Assembly (NCBI RefSeq): GCF_006345805.1
Contig: NC_042997.1
Span: 21,886,001-21,950,000 of the forward strand
Direction: 5' to 3'
DNA: 64,000 bases
From: Octopus sinensis
Lineage: Eukaryota
The position numbers and the translations under genes were made by a program. Shown here piece after piece: positions 1 through 13,600 of this stretch (its first letter is position 1; every line of letters starts with the position of its first letter). Under the pieces are notes generated by a model. It had not been told where the DNA came from and ran no database searches. It worked only from the letters and a program-made list of their open reading frames with translations.

Positions 1-399
1 ATGTTTCTTTCCTGTAGGCTGATAAAATCGAAAACTCTGCGCACGTACAAACAAGCCATTAATTTTAATCGATTTCGAATTAAGATATTGTATTCATTTT
101 GAATAGATTCTTCTCTAACGCTTTGTCCAATAAAGTATTTTCGATGTTATAGTTGTTGTTATTGTTGTTGTAGGAAATATAATTGGTGGTGGTAGAGTCA
201 GGGCGGGAGCAATGTTGTTTGTAGTAGACGTGGCAGTATCGGCGTGGTTGTTGGTAGTGGTGTTTTGCTGTCTTATTTACAAAAACAAACTAGTAAAGGT
301 TAAAAGGAGATATGAAAAAAATATACTTACAACTTAAAATGTAAGAGGATTATTTGGTTTTTACATTGCATACGAGGAAACTACAAATCGTAATGTTTG

Positions 400-1080
400 T
401 ATTACATACTTATATACATAGTTACACATATATATGTACATAAGCATATATGCATACACACACATGCGAACATATGCACATACATAATCATACTTATCCA
501 ACTCTTTCTCCTTGCCAAACTTCATCAAACCTTACACATTGTGCGCATGCTCATATACTCGCACACATGCATATGTGTCTGTATATGTGTGTGCATGTGT
601 GTGTGTGTGTATTAGTGTATACATATATGTGTGTGTATATATATATGTGTATGTATTTATATACATATATATATATATATATATACACACACATGTATGC
701 GCATACTTATGTTCACATATGTATCTTTGCTTATATATGTTTGTGTATATGCGTGTATCCGTGTATGCGTGTATGTATGTATGCATGTATAAATACATAT
801 ACACACGTATACACGCACACACACACACACACATGATAGTTCAAGATACACACGCACGACACAAATAATCACAATTGCCAGGATGTATACATATCCACCT
901 TATTCTTTATTCTTTCCACTTTTCCTTGTTAATACACCTACGCGCGCTGCGCATGCACCCATGCAAACATATGAAATTATGTATAAACGTATGCATATAC
1001 ATGTATTTTTTATATTTATATATACACACACATATACATTTTTTTTTCACATTTATACACACAAACACACACACACGTGT
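400..1080. repeat. Compound (TA)n/(CA)n/(TG)n microsatellite region
   Basis: Directly visible. It generates the spurious YI/HT/CV ORFs. Similar tracts at ~5350-5900, ~36340-36720 and ~52320-52420. Confidence 0.9.
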
Positions 1081-2032
1081 GTAATCTTTAAGAAATGGTT
1101 CTAGCAAATTAGGTCATATAAAGTCTTAACTTCCTGGAAATATTTTATCGAATGCGAATATTTTTTACCCGAACCGATAATCAATACATCTGTGTCCTAT
1201 TTTCGGTTTATTAATTAAATAAGTAATTACTTGGCGTGATTCTAATTGTCTATTTGAAATGTTGATATATTTCTTTTTATTTCTTTCTATTGAATTTCGT
1301 TTAGAATGGTGAGACAAAAGAAAAGCGTCACTGGTTCTAATTGAGTATATGTCAGATACACATGTCCAATGTTATTTTTTTATTCCTTTCACAACCATAG
1401 CTACAGAATGGTATTTTAATCTAAGAATATAAATGGCTCGGCGTGAATAACTATTGACTTTGTAGTTAACACTCCAAGAAACATGCGAAATAGTTAATAG
1501 TAAATCGAAATATAGGAATGTACGAAGTAAAATTAGGACACAATTCAATTTAGCATCTTAGCAGCATTAATTCTTTGTGAAGACATTTCAATCAAACAGC
1601 CTGAGAAAATAACATGTGTATTTCCTGAATTAAAATGTGTTTGCTAGTTTTTGCAGTAGCCGTTATCTCTTTCGTAACACTATTTTCTCACATTGGCAAA
1701 AAGCAATGAATTGGTTGGAATGGTAAAATTGATTGAGTCGACAACAGAATATTATTGGTTCTTATTTTATTGGTCCCCGCCTCAAAATGTGACTTATATA
1801 TAGAACCTGATTGAATGTATCATTAATATTTCGGTTTCAAACCACGACCGACCAGAGTGTATTTCTAATGCATTTAGTTTTTTTTTTCTTTTATGTTGAG
1901 GAAATGTTTTGAAATATAATTTGGTTCGATTTGATAGAATAAAATTCTCTTGTATACAAAACAGGCCATGGACTGAAGTAAAAGCCAGGCAATAACAACT
2001 GCTAGTATCACCATTAATACCTACGGTACATA

Positions 2033-2440
2033 GGGTGGTGAACTGGCAGAACCGTTAGCACGCTAGGCAAAATGCTTAGCCGGGCAAAAGGCTTAGCAAC
2101 ACTTGGCAAAAGGCTTAGCGATGTCGTGTTAAATGCTTAGCGACGCCAGGCAAAATGCTTAGCGATGCCGGTCAAAAGGCTTAGCGACTCCTGGCAAAAT
2201 GCTAAGCGATGCCGGGCAAAATGCTTAGGGGTGTCGGGCAAAATGTTTAGGGATGTCATGCAAAATGCTTTAGCGGTATTTCGTCCGTCTTTACATTCTG
2301 AGTTCAAATTCCACCGAGGTCGTCTTTGCTTTTCCTCTTTCTGGTATCGATAAAATGAGCACTAGCTGAACAGTGGAGTAGATGAAAACGACTTAACCCC
2401 TTCCCCGAAATTGCTGGCCTTGTGCCAAAATTTGATACTA
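2033..2440 (+). mobile_element. SINE family B with an internal ~22-bp tandem expansion
   Basis: ggtgaactggcagaaccgttagc head, ten ggcaaaatgcttagc-type units at 2060-2274, then the ggtatttcgtc..gagttcaaattccaccgaggtc body. Confidence 0.8.
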
Positions 2441-4764
2441 ATATCTAAGCCACTTCACATACAACTTTTGGTTTAGTTTTTATAAAAATGACGAACATCT
2501 GCAACTCCTCATAAAGAGAGTTAACATCCAACCACGTAATGCATAGGAGACTCCTACTTTAACAACGAAATCAATAACAGGAATTGTTTTTACTTTTACA
2601 TAGTGAATTTCTATTTTTACAATTTATTCCTAACCCTATTCCCAAGGAGTAAGATGAATTAGTTCATAAATACATTTGAAAACACTTTATAATGAAAACA
2701 TCAGGAAGTCCATATAAAGGTTAATTACTGCGATTGCACTCTGGGTCCATTGAGTTTAATAGCATAATTTACTGTTTCAAACAAATATAACATTTGTTTT
2801 AAAGAGAAATAAAAATCAGCTGAATCTAGTTCGGTAGATTATTAGCAATGTTGGGAAAATGAGAATAAATAAGGAACAGGAATATTTTGCTTGCCAAATT
2901 AGGAAATTACCAACTCAGTATTCCACTGTTATTTCTAACTTCACCTTATGATTATAATTATCAACTTAGTGTTAATATATTCAATACATGAAGTATTAAA
3001 AGACCTAAGTAAGAATATTAGTTAATGTCTAACTTTTGTTTACATAGTTTTGGAAAATAGAAGAGACAACTTCGATTATATTTTGGTATTATGCGGGCCT
3101 CTTCAGCGAAACATAGCTCTCGGCGTATTGTCAAAGTAGTGATGAGAGGAACATTAAACAAATATAAAGATTATATATATTTGATGACGTAAAACAGCGG
3201 GGCTCCTTGATCAGGACCACATAGATCCGGCTTCGTTTCCACTACGCGAAAGATTATCGAATAAACACACACATACACTCACACGTCTATGTGTCCGTTT
3301 GTGTGTGTGTGTGCACGCGTGCGTGTATGTGTGTGTGTGTTATTATTTAGCTGTGTTTGTAGATGTTTTGTCAATGAAAAAAGACCGTTTTCAAACCTAG
3401 AACCAAGGGTCCTTCACTGATATTTCAACGATCGCAACAGGCTAGCTGTGCACGTATGTGTATATATGTGCAAGTATTTAGAGTCGGAGTATGTACAGTT
3501 CTGTATGGTTTGTTTCATGTGCATTCGTGCATATAGTTGCATGTCGATATGTGCAACTGTACTTATATGCTAAACTTTTGGAAAGTTTTACATATTTTGA
3601 GAGTTCCACTGATTGCTTTATCTGTAGTCTTGCAATTAACACTCTCCTTTTTGGTTCTGAGAAGTCTAATTTCTGAAGCTATCAATGCATATTGAGAGTT
3701 CTGTTGCTCTAGGTGTCGGGAATACACTCGGCAAGAAATGGAAACAAAATTGAAGAAAGAAGAAAAACTTATTATATCGTGTGGGGGGGGGAGTGTGGAG
3801 GGGTGCGTATGTATGTATATATGTTTGTGTGTATGCGTGCGTGTGTGTGTGTGCGTGTATATATGTATGTATATTTTTTTAAAACCGATATTTCATCTCC
3901 ATCACTTGATGTTTTTTCTTCTAACGTGAGATATAAATTTCTCTTCAGACAACAAAAAGATGATTTCATTGAATTTTGTTGTTGTTTGAAGGATCGTATG
4001 TAACTCAAATATCTGGAGATCCACTGAATGGATCCATCTCCGAACAAATAAACTCTACCTCTTTTATTGAGTACATTTTTGCTTGTTTGTTTAACGTAGT
4101 GTTTATATGTGTAGCGCGTATGTGTAGTGGGTAGGTGTGTGTATGAATGTGTGTGGTTGTGTGTGCGTGTGCGTGTGTAAAGGCTTTAGGTGTAGACTTA
4201 CTAAATGTCCATAAGCAATCAGAAACGAAAAACACTTCTGATTATTGCAGTATTGATTCTGCAAATCAGAACCGGTTTTAGAAAGAAAGTGGAATTACAA
4301 CAATATTTATATTACTTCAAGTCGTTATAGACATAACTGACACAAACATTTATCCACACATGTTCTCACATACACACATACATACGCATACATAAACACA
4401 CACGTACATATACGTATAGACAGGCAGCACGCGCATATAAATACACACTCACACACACACAAACAAACACACATACACACACGCGCACTCACACACATAC
4501 ACACAAACACACACATACATGCACTTATAAATGGATACAGATATACATACATACGAACGTACGTATGTATGTATATATTTCATTTCAACAAAATCGGTGA
4601 AGTGGTCGGCAATAGCCTGTGGTGTTTACTTCTATTCGTGTGGTATCCCTTACGGTTAAATTCGACTTATCAATCTTTCCTGATAATTCCAGACTGGAGT
4701 CGATATCAGCGGAAAAACCCCCCTTGAAGGTAGTATTTCAGTTTAAATAAATAAATAGATAAAT

Positions 4765-4997
4765 AAATGCGCCCTTTTAAAGCCGAGCCAGGCTCATGGG
4801 CCCGTTTCCCGGTTTCTTTGGCGTATGTGTTCCCCAGTCCATCGTAGCGTTACTCCTTTTTGCCAGCTGAGTGGACTGGAGCAACGTGAAATGAAGTGTT
4901 TTGCTCAAGAACACAACGTGTCGCCCGGTCCAGGAATCGAAACCACAATCTTACAATCATGATGCTGACGCCCTAACCACTCAGCCACGTGCCACCA
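4765..4997 (-). mobile_element. tRNA-derived SINE, family C
   Basis: Minus strand ggcacgtggctgagtggttagggcgtc..gtttcgattcctggac..gttgtgttcttgagcaaaacacttcatttcacgttgctccagtccactcagctggc. Related copy at ~49970-50205 (-). Confidence 0.75.
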
Positions 4998-5411
4998 TAG
5001 TATTTCAGTTTGGCTGCAATATAATGATTGAAATCTTAAAAATAACAAAATATTATTAATTGCATTAATTCTTTAAAATTCGATGTAGCTGGCTGAGAAA
5101 AGAATTCTAGAAAATAACTCCTGGGATTTGTGTTTTGTTCGTGGTTTAGCTGAGTACGAAATAAAGATTTTGTTGAAAAACAAAAAAACAATTCCAATAA
5201 ACCAAATATTGTTAAATATTGGTTTCTTTTGTAAGTAATCAAATTATAGCATGAACTGTGCATCTACGGCTATGTGAACTTCGGTAAATAAATGACAAAT
5301 ATACCAGGAAAACAGGCTTCCGCTATATCGACAATGTTCAATAGGATATTCAATATTTGTTTACAATGGATTCATATATATCATTATATATATATTTATA
5401 TATACAGAGAG

Positions 5412-5459
<48 letters not shown>

Positions 5460-5524
5460 TGAGAGAGAGAGAGACACACACACACCAACACATACAAAAA
5501 CACACACGTACAAGCATATATAGT

Positions 5525-5568
<44 letters not shown>

Positions 5569-5658
5569 GCATATATATACATATACATATATGTATATAA
5601 ATGTATATATATGCATATATTTATATATATATACATGTATATATATATATATATATTC

Positions 5659-5700
<42 letters not shown>

Positions 5701-5770
5701 ATATATAAATGTATATATACATCAAATTGTATTGCTACTTTCTACAAATCAATTTGAATTGTTTTGATAT

Positions 5771-5824
<54 letters not shown>

Positions 5825-6134
5825 GTGTGTGTGTGTGTGTGTGTGTGTGTGTATCAAAACAATTCAAATTGTATATATATATATATATATATATCAAAAC
5901 AATTCAAATTGATTTTTAGAAAGTAGCAATACAATTTGAAGGTTAATTATAAAGACCCGCAACATATAACTTTCTCACAAACTCGTATACTATTCATTGA
6001 AATCCATATTATAGCTGACATAGTTTTATAATTTTTAAAATGTGCTATTCTCAGTGTTTCAATTCTTTTGCTTTTAGTGACATCGTCAAAAGAGGAAGGG
6101 TAGTGCTCGCGTTTTTATTTTCAGGGCCTCGAAG

Positions 6135-6452
6135 CTGGCACTTCGTCTGTTACGATGACAAAGGTTCCAGTTGATCCGATCAATGGAGCAGCCACCTTGT
6201 GAAATTGACGTACAGGTGGCTGAGTACTCCACAGACACGCGTAACCTTAAGGTAATTCTCAAGCAGATTCTACTTGACAAAAAATGTGACAGAGATGGTC
6301 CTTTGAAATACAAGTACAACTCATTTTTGTCAGCTGAGTGAACTGAGGCAACGTGGAATAAAGTATCTTGCTCAAGGACACAACTTGGCGCTGGTAATCG
6401 AATCGTGACTTTACGATTGTGAACCGAAGCTCTAACCCCTAAGCCACGCGCC
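6135..6452 (-). mobile_element. tRNA-derived SINE, family D (shares central block with family C)
   Basis: Minus strand ggcgcgtggcttaggggttagagc..gattcgattacc..gttgtgtccttgagcaagatactt..cactcagctgacaaaaatgagt. Confidence 0.7.
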
Positions 6453-8647
6453 TTCACTAGTGCCTCCAAAATTGATGTGTCAAAGTTAGAAAGTAATCCT
6501 GAGGGCAGACACCTAATCCAAACCAGTAATTTTGAGAGCAAGAGGTTAGTCGATACCATCAACCCCTGTTTGACTGGCATGTTATTATATCTATCCTGAA
6601 AGGATGGAAATCAAGCTGATCTCAGACTCAGCGAGAGTTTGAGCTCAGAATATAAAGAGCTGGAACCAAAACTGTAAGAAATGTTTTCCTGATGTTCCAG
6701 TTATTCTGCCAAATCCTCAACTTAACGTACCTACCTCAAAATATTTGCAAAAGAATTATCATCGCAAAGACACCCGAAACTAGCTGGTGATGTTAAACCA
6801 GGAGAAGGTTTAAATCTACTTCACAAGAACACAAGCGGCCAATCCGGACGGCTTCCACATAGTAACCGTCTACCAAAAAATAGGCGTCTACAATGACTGG
6901 GCTGACCCATGGCTATTATAGAAGATGCTTAACCATGGTACACTACACCTAGATGGAACACGAAGCCGTGTAATACGAAGCGAATTTCTTAGCCACGAAG
7001 TATATACTTGCAGCCAACAAAATAAAGTTAGGAATTTTATTTTGATTGTGATTATTTTATTTATTGATTCTTCAACTACGCAGTTGTGTTTGACCATCAT
7101 CGAGAAACAAAATTATAAATAAATATACCTATAAAATCAACCATTTTTATAATACAGCAAGGGAAGGAACCGTGTTGCAGTTGCTCATCCTGATAAAAAT
7201 ATCGGTCAAAATCCTCTTAAATCCCAACTTTTCTCAAATGGAGAATTCATTGGACAATTAAGTTCCCGATATACAAAATGCTGGTACGGTCACGGCTGGA
7301 ATAGATTTGCCCGATCAGAGCAAATCTACGTTATATCAAATTTGTGCTTATTCAGAGCGAACCTGCGGCTAAATATTAATAACAACAACAACGCGGTCAC
7401 ATGTTTGATTTCTACACTTGAACAAATAACTTTTGTTTTCTTACTGATGAGTGCAAATTTGCTCCATGGTAGGAGAGTAAATAGAATATTTCATGTCTTA
7501 TCCTTTACAACATAGTATTTCCTTGAAGGATAATCAATGCACTGATATAACACAGATCTGATGTTGACACTTATCAAAACGATAGTGATCATTAAATATG
7601 GAACTTTAAAAAAAAACATTTAAATGTCCTTATTACTATGGGAGAAAACAGAATTTTTGTATAAATACAATGCTACAAATTAAGTCAATCTTGCTTCTAC
7701 AACCTTCATTATTAATTCAAAAATAACATTGTTGAAACGACTCAAAACGCCAGAATGTTCTTCTCTGCTTCTACTGTTGTATAGTATAGTAAAGATACAG
7801 CGGTGAAAATGTAAGTTTGTGAGAGAATGAGTGACTACGTACGTATGTGGTCGTATGGTTGGGTGCAGCTTTATATGTGTATATGAGAAAGCTCTCAGAC
7901 ATCTATAAAATATTACAATTGTACTCCTAACGTATTAATCATTGTTTAGTGGCTTTGTAAGTAGAATGCTTTTTCAAGCCTGAACAATATTAGACGAGAT
8001 TGGATGCTGAAATCATATAAATAATTATCCATTTCACAAGATTGCGAAAGGAGCCGTTATAAATGAAAATACCCGTAAACTCTTAAATGAAATCTAAAAC
8101 CTACTTTAAAATAGAATTTATGGATACACTTACACGTTTCCTCATTTATTTACTTTGAAGATGAAACGAAGGCACACTTTGATAAACGTGCTTAAGTAGC
8201 TTGTCATAAAAATTAGATCTTCGTAACATACGAATTATTTCCTCAATTTTGCTTTCAGATATATTTGCTTTATAACATATATAAATTCTAACGTATCTTC
8301 TTAATAAAACATCGATAAAGTAATATAGAACTAGAGACTGATCACCGTGATAGCGTGATCACCCTTTCGAAATTATATTTTGTTACATAAACTTTAAAAG
8401 ATTTGCATGAGATAGCAGGGATCACTAGCGTGGCTTCATGTATATAGCTATGCTTGATATATGCTCAGAATCAACACTTTTAACCACAGAAACCAAGAAA
8501 ATTCTGATGGTCGCAGTAATGATTTCACAAGTTAAAACTGCTTTTAGAAGGGAAAAGGGATTAGAGCAATATATATATTACTTGCAACAGCTATAATCAT
8601 ATCTACGTGCATAAACCTGCACATATTCAACCATACAAATTCTCCTG

Positions 8648-8698
<51 letters not shown>

Positions 8699-9093
8699 AC
8701 AGACACACACACTATGCAGTGCATTGTATCCTTGACCAAAGCACGCAGCAATTCACAGAGCTCTGGTTTACAAATGAGTACCTACCCGGCTCTTTTGCTC
8801 TTGCTTTCACGTTCTCTCTCTCTCTCTCTCACACACACACATCTTCTCCCCTCTCCCCCTCTCTCTCTCATACTATCTCTCCCTTTGTCTCACATACACC
8901 GTCTTCCCTCCTCTCTCTCTCTCTCTCTCTCTCTCTTTCGATTTGTCACAATCTCCATGTTCACTGGGTCAAGGTTGAGAAAGCCGAAAGGATGCCTATT
9001 GTTTAGTTGCGACTACATAGGCACCAAAACCACTTAGCGAAAGCACGGGACATGCTACTAGATTATACTCGCTGGTGACTGATATCTATAGTC

Positions 9094-9139
<46 letters not shown>

Positions 9140-9168
9140 TGTGTGTGTGTGTTTGTGTGTGTGTGTTT

Positions 9169-9397
9169 TAACTCTTTTACTCTTTTAACTTGCTTTAGTC
9201 ATTTGACTGTGGCCATGCTAGAGCACCGCATTTTAGTCGTACAAATCGCCCCCAGGAATTATTCTTTGTAAGCCTAGGACTTATTCTATCGGTCTCTTTT
9301 GCTGAACCGTTATGTTACGGGGACACAAACACACCAGCATCGGTTGTCAAGCGATGTTGGGGGGGGGACAAACACAGACACACAAACATATCCACAC

Positions 9398-9444
<47 letters not shown>

Positions 9445-9615
9445 CATATGTATATATATACACATATATGCGACGGGCTTCTTTCAGTTTCCATCTACCA
9501 AATCCAAGGCTTTGGTCGGCCCGAGGCTATAGAAGAAGACACTTGCAGTGAGACTGAACCCAGAACCATGTGGTTCGTAAGCAAGCTACTTACCACACAG
9601 CCACTCCTACGCTTA
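9169..9615 (-). mobile_element. tRNA-derived SINE, family A (internal TA/CA microsatellite)
   Basis: Reverse complement of the family seen at 33539, 36797 and 37818. Head with tggctgtgtgg A-like and ggttcagtc B-like boxes; tail gactgaaacaagtaaaagagtaaaa-type. Confidence 0.85.
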
Positions 9616-10389
9616 TGAATGCTTATTTTTGTGCTAGGAATTCATTAACGTGCTCTAAGCCCTTGGAAAGCTTGATATATTTCTTATATGTAAAGTAAAC
9701 AGAATTAAACACATACAAAACACAATGTCATTTAATCAGTGTTTCGATTGACAGAAAACAAATGGATTGTGAAGAAAATACTAATCACATTTTTAATTTT
9801 CTTTATTGCGCTTTCAAGGAGTCACGGTCTATTGACTCTACTTGCTTTTTGTTATGTATCAAGAGATTGGCCAGTTTTGACAGTCATGAGAAGGAATTTA
9901 GATGCCTTCATTTTTTTGTTGGTTTATTTTGCATAGAATTGGAGTAGAGTGGATAAGATGAATTTATATTAAAGAAACGTCAAATTATTTGCTACCCAAC
10001 TATAATTCTCAATACAAGAAACAAATTTATTGAACTTTACATTTCCATACCAAAATCCTTTCTAGTAAACTTAAGTACAGACCTTCCTGATGCACAATGT
10101 ATTGCAATTAACATCAAAGGACACGTGATTACCTGAAAATGTTGTGAATGCATTTCGAACCGTTATTAGTAGTCTCTTTCCAGTCAATTGATATGCACAA
10201 GCGACCAAAAACCGATCGAATGGAACTTGTATCCTGATTATATGTTACTTTTTACCATATACATACACACATAGACACAACACAACAACACACACACACA
10301 CATACATACACACACACACTCACACACATACACACACACACACTCACACATACATACAAATGTATACATGATACATACATGTATACATG

Positions 10390-10486
10390 GATACATACAT
10401 GCATGAATATAGATAGATAGATTGATAGATAGACAGACAGACGGGCGGACAGACAGGCAGATATACAGACAGACAGACAGACATAC

Positions 10487-10531
<45 letters not shown>

Positions 10532-10634
10532 TAGATAGATAGATAGATAGATAGATGGATGGATGGATAGATGGATAGATAACCTTATTGGCCACACACA
10601 GGGTTAGACACAGAGGGGACAATTACAATGGATG

Positions 10635-10666
<32 letters not shown>

Positions 10667-10696
10667 CATAGAAAGAAAGGAAGAAAGAAAGAAAGA
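10390..10696. repeat. (GATA)n/(GACA)n/(GGAT)n/(GAAA)n tetranucleotide array
   Basis: Directly visible. Further GATA tracts at ~15455-15510, ~49090-49165 and ~55315-55370. Confidence 0.9.
10579..10628 (-). mobile_element. Solo ~50-bp 3' end of a Tx1-related element inside the GATA/GGAT array
   Basis: Minus strand ttgtaattgtcccctctgtgtctaaccctgtgtgtggccaataagg resembles the main element's 3' end (ttgtaatttgtctcacctgtgtgcagccctgtgtggctaataaag) and is flanked by GATA-type repeats on both sides. Confidence 0.7.
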
Positions 10697-13600
10697 TAAG
10701 TTTCTTTATTAGCCACACAGGGCTGCACACAGGTGAGACAAATTACAAGGTAGAACTTTTCTTTTGGGGGATGAAAAAAAAAGTGGAGTAGGTTTTCGAT
10801 CAAAAGGGATCGTAAAAGGGAAAAAAGAAAGAAACAAAAAAGGAAAAGAAACAAAAAAAAAGAAACAAAAGAAAAAAGAAAAAAAAGAGGAAAAAGGGGA
10901 AGAGGAAAAAAAGGATCAATAGGGATCGTGTATCACAGTGTCATGATGTACGGTGTAAAGGGGGAAGCAGATAAGGTTTATCTGTGGGAAGAAAAGCCTA
11001 CGAAAAAGACCACGGTAACCTCGGTCAATATTGTTATATGTAACAATATTGTTATATATAACCTCGGTCAATATTGTTACCACATTTGTTTGCAAGTGGG
11101 TAACCCTCTCTTTTCAATTTCTGGGTTCATAGGATTATGCTCAAGGTGGCTTCGTCATTCATACGTGCAATCCTTGCTAAAATTCACCCATCTTTTTTTA
11201 AAACATTCGCTAGACAAAACTTGCCTCTCTACTCTCACTTTCCTTTTCAAGTGATACTTGAAGAAGTTGATGAAAGATTGACCAGAGAGGAAAGTGTTTG
11301 TCTCCAATCCTTTCAGACGCGTCTACCAGATACATTTTTTCGCCATAGCCACAAGGATGATGAAAAAGCTCTTCCTTCCCGTTTGAAGAAAGGAGGCGTG
11401 ACAATATTGACGATAGACTCAGCTGATAAACTGACTCGTCCCACACGTGACAGCAGTTATTCGACATAAGCCCACAGGTCGGAAATTGTTGGACACTGCA
11501 CGAGTGCGTGCAGAACGGTTTCGTCGCTCTGACCGCATCTCGGGCAGGTCGGCCCTGTGTTTCTCGAGCCGTGTCTGTAGAGCTTATCCCGAACGGGTAG
11601 CGCTTCTCGGTAGCATTGCCAGGCCAGGGATCTCTGGAAGTTGTCCATGGGCCCTGGCCCGAAAGTCGTCCCGAACAGGCGGGTCAGGTATTCCTCGTCG
11701 ACGTCCAGGTTCGCCCCAAGATCGTCGTCGTACCTCCCCTCCACTAATCACCTATAGAATGCTTGGGTTGTGATGGAGTCACTCAAGGTCGACTCGGGAC
11801 GGCAGAGTTGCTTGAGAGCAACGCGACACTCGCGGTGCCATTCGCCCTTCCTCGGCCTCTTTTTGATCCACGACTGCAGTTCGGTCATGGAGACGAGCTG
11901 CGGGAAAGCGTGCCTCACAAACGGCGACCACACCTGTTCCTCGTCGTCCATGAAGAGCCTGAGATGTCGCATTCTCAGCGCGTGTCTGCGCATCATCAAC
12001 CACGGCATGCCCAGTCCTCCTTTTAACGGGTGTTGACAGCAAATGGATCGCCTGACCATCGGGACGCATCCTTTCCACAAGAAGCGAAAGAGAATGCGTT
12101 CTAGTTTGGTGATGGTAGGGTCAGGACAAGGCACGACGGTCAGGCGGTAGTAGATGACGGACGCGATGTACGTGTTCGCCACCTCTGCCCGACCGTTTAG
12201 GGACAGTTTCCTCTCGGCCCATTGCCGGGCGAGCGTGACCACCCTACTCGTTATCTCGTTCCAGTTCTTCTCCATTTGGAGGTCCGGACCGAACCAGACC
12301 CCGAGCAACTCGACCGGACCGTTAGTCCAACGTCCCACGACGGAGGCGCTGGTGGACGGCATGGGCTTGCTTCTCCAGGTGCCTAGTCGCAAGCCCACTG
12401 ACTTTTCCCGGTTGATTTTCGCTCCTATCACCGCTTCGTAGTTTTTCAGTGTCTCGCCGACCTGCTCGATGTGCTCGTGGCTAGACACTATGACGGTGAC
12501 GTCGTCCACGTATGCAGACACGCTCGTCCCGCATCCCAGTTCTCGCGGGATGCTTCTCAGAGTTGCCAGCTTCCACAATAATGGCTCGAGAGTCAATACA
12601 TATAGAAGTGATGAGAGGGGGCATCCCTGATGGACCGAACGTGCGATGTCGAAAGGTCTTGATAGATGTCCATTTACGCGAATTACCGAACGGATGCCTC
12701 TGTACAAAGCGGCTATCCAGCCGCGGAAGACGGGACCGAAGCCAGCGGCTCTGAGGACAGCCTCCAGGTATCGATGGTCTACCCTATCGAAAGCTTTCGA
12801 TTGATCCAAATTGATCAGCGCCCCCACCCATGCCAGGTTCGTTAACTACCCTGTCTATGATGTAGCGCATCAGGTGGAGGTTGTCATGGATGGTCCGGCC
12901 CGGCACGGCGCACGTTTGCGTCTTGTCGACCAGTTTCTCGATGACAAGCGCCAACCTCTTGGCTAACACCTTGGCCAAAATTTTCAAGTCTGCATTAAGT
13001 AGAGCGATGGGACTAAAGTTATCTATTACATTTCCCTTGTTTAGTTCTTTCTTCAGCAGTGTTACGGCTCCTCGGCTCACAAAACCAGGAATGCTCCCGT
13101 TTTGCTGCCAGTTGCAGTACACCGCTGCCAAGACGTCTCCAAACAAGTCTGGCATACAACTGTAAAGCTCGTAGGGTAGACCATCCAAAACCGGCGATTT
13201 GTCCCTCGAGCATTCTGCCATCGCGTCCTGCACTTCCGCCGCCGTGATGGCACCTTCGCAGCACCCTGCCTCTCTTGTCGAGAGTCGTGGTAGGCTGTGT
13301 AGGTAGGCGCTGAAATCCACCCTACGTTCGTGCCCGCCACTCGTCCCGAACAGTCGGGCAAAATGCTGTTGAAAGGCCTCACGCATTTTACTTGGCTTGA
13401 GCAATTCGCGCCCCTGTTCATCTACCAGAGACCGAATGGTGGCTTTGTTGCCCTGTTGCGCCTCAGCCACCCGGGCCTCTCTCGCGGCTCCAACACCTTC
13501 GTTCCTTAGAGCACGCATCCTAGCTCTGATAGCACACCCTTCGTGTTTGGCGTTGAAGTGTTGGTCGAGGGCCAACCTCGCCGCCAAAACGTCGGATGCG

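Noticed and set aside
397-1107. Many ORFs rich in YI, HT, CV, poly-L, poly-I, poly-N or poly-Y (also at 5.3-5.9, 15.8-16.3, 29.2, 32.4 and 36.2-36.8 kb)
   Set aside because: They are translations of microsatellites that lack stop codons, not proteins.
2060-2274. CRISPR-like repeat-spacer appearance
   Set aside because: Variable parts are only 6-7 nt and related to each other, the unit is an internal SINE motif, the context is eukaryotic, and no cas genes are present.
3980-4075. GSYVTQISGDPLNG as a cadherin-like exon
   Set aside because: Lacks the DxD and downstream cadherin motifs, has a weak donor site and has no supporting neighbouring exons.
7444-7475. ctgatgagtgcaaatttgctc as a hammerhead core
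   Set aside because: No GAAA follows the hairpin and no helix I or III is present.
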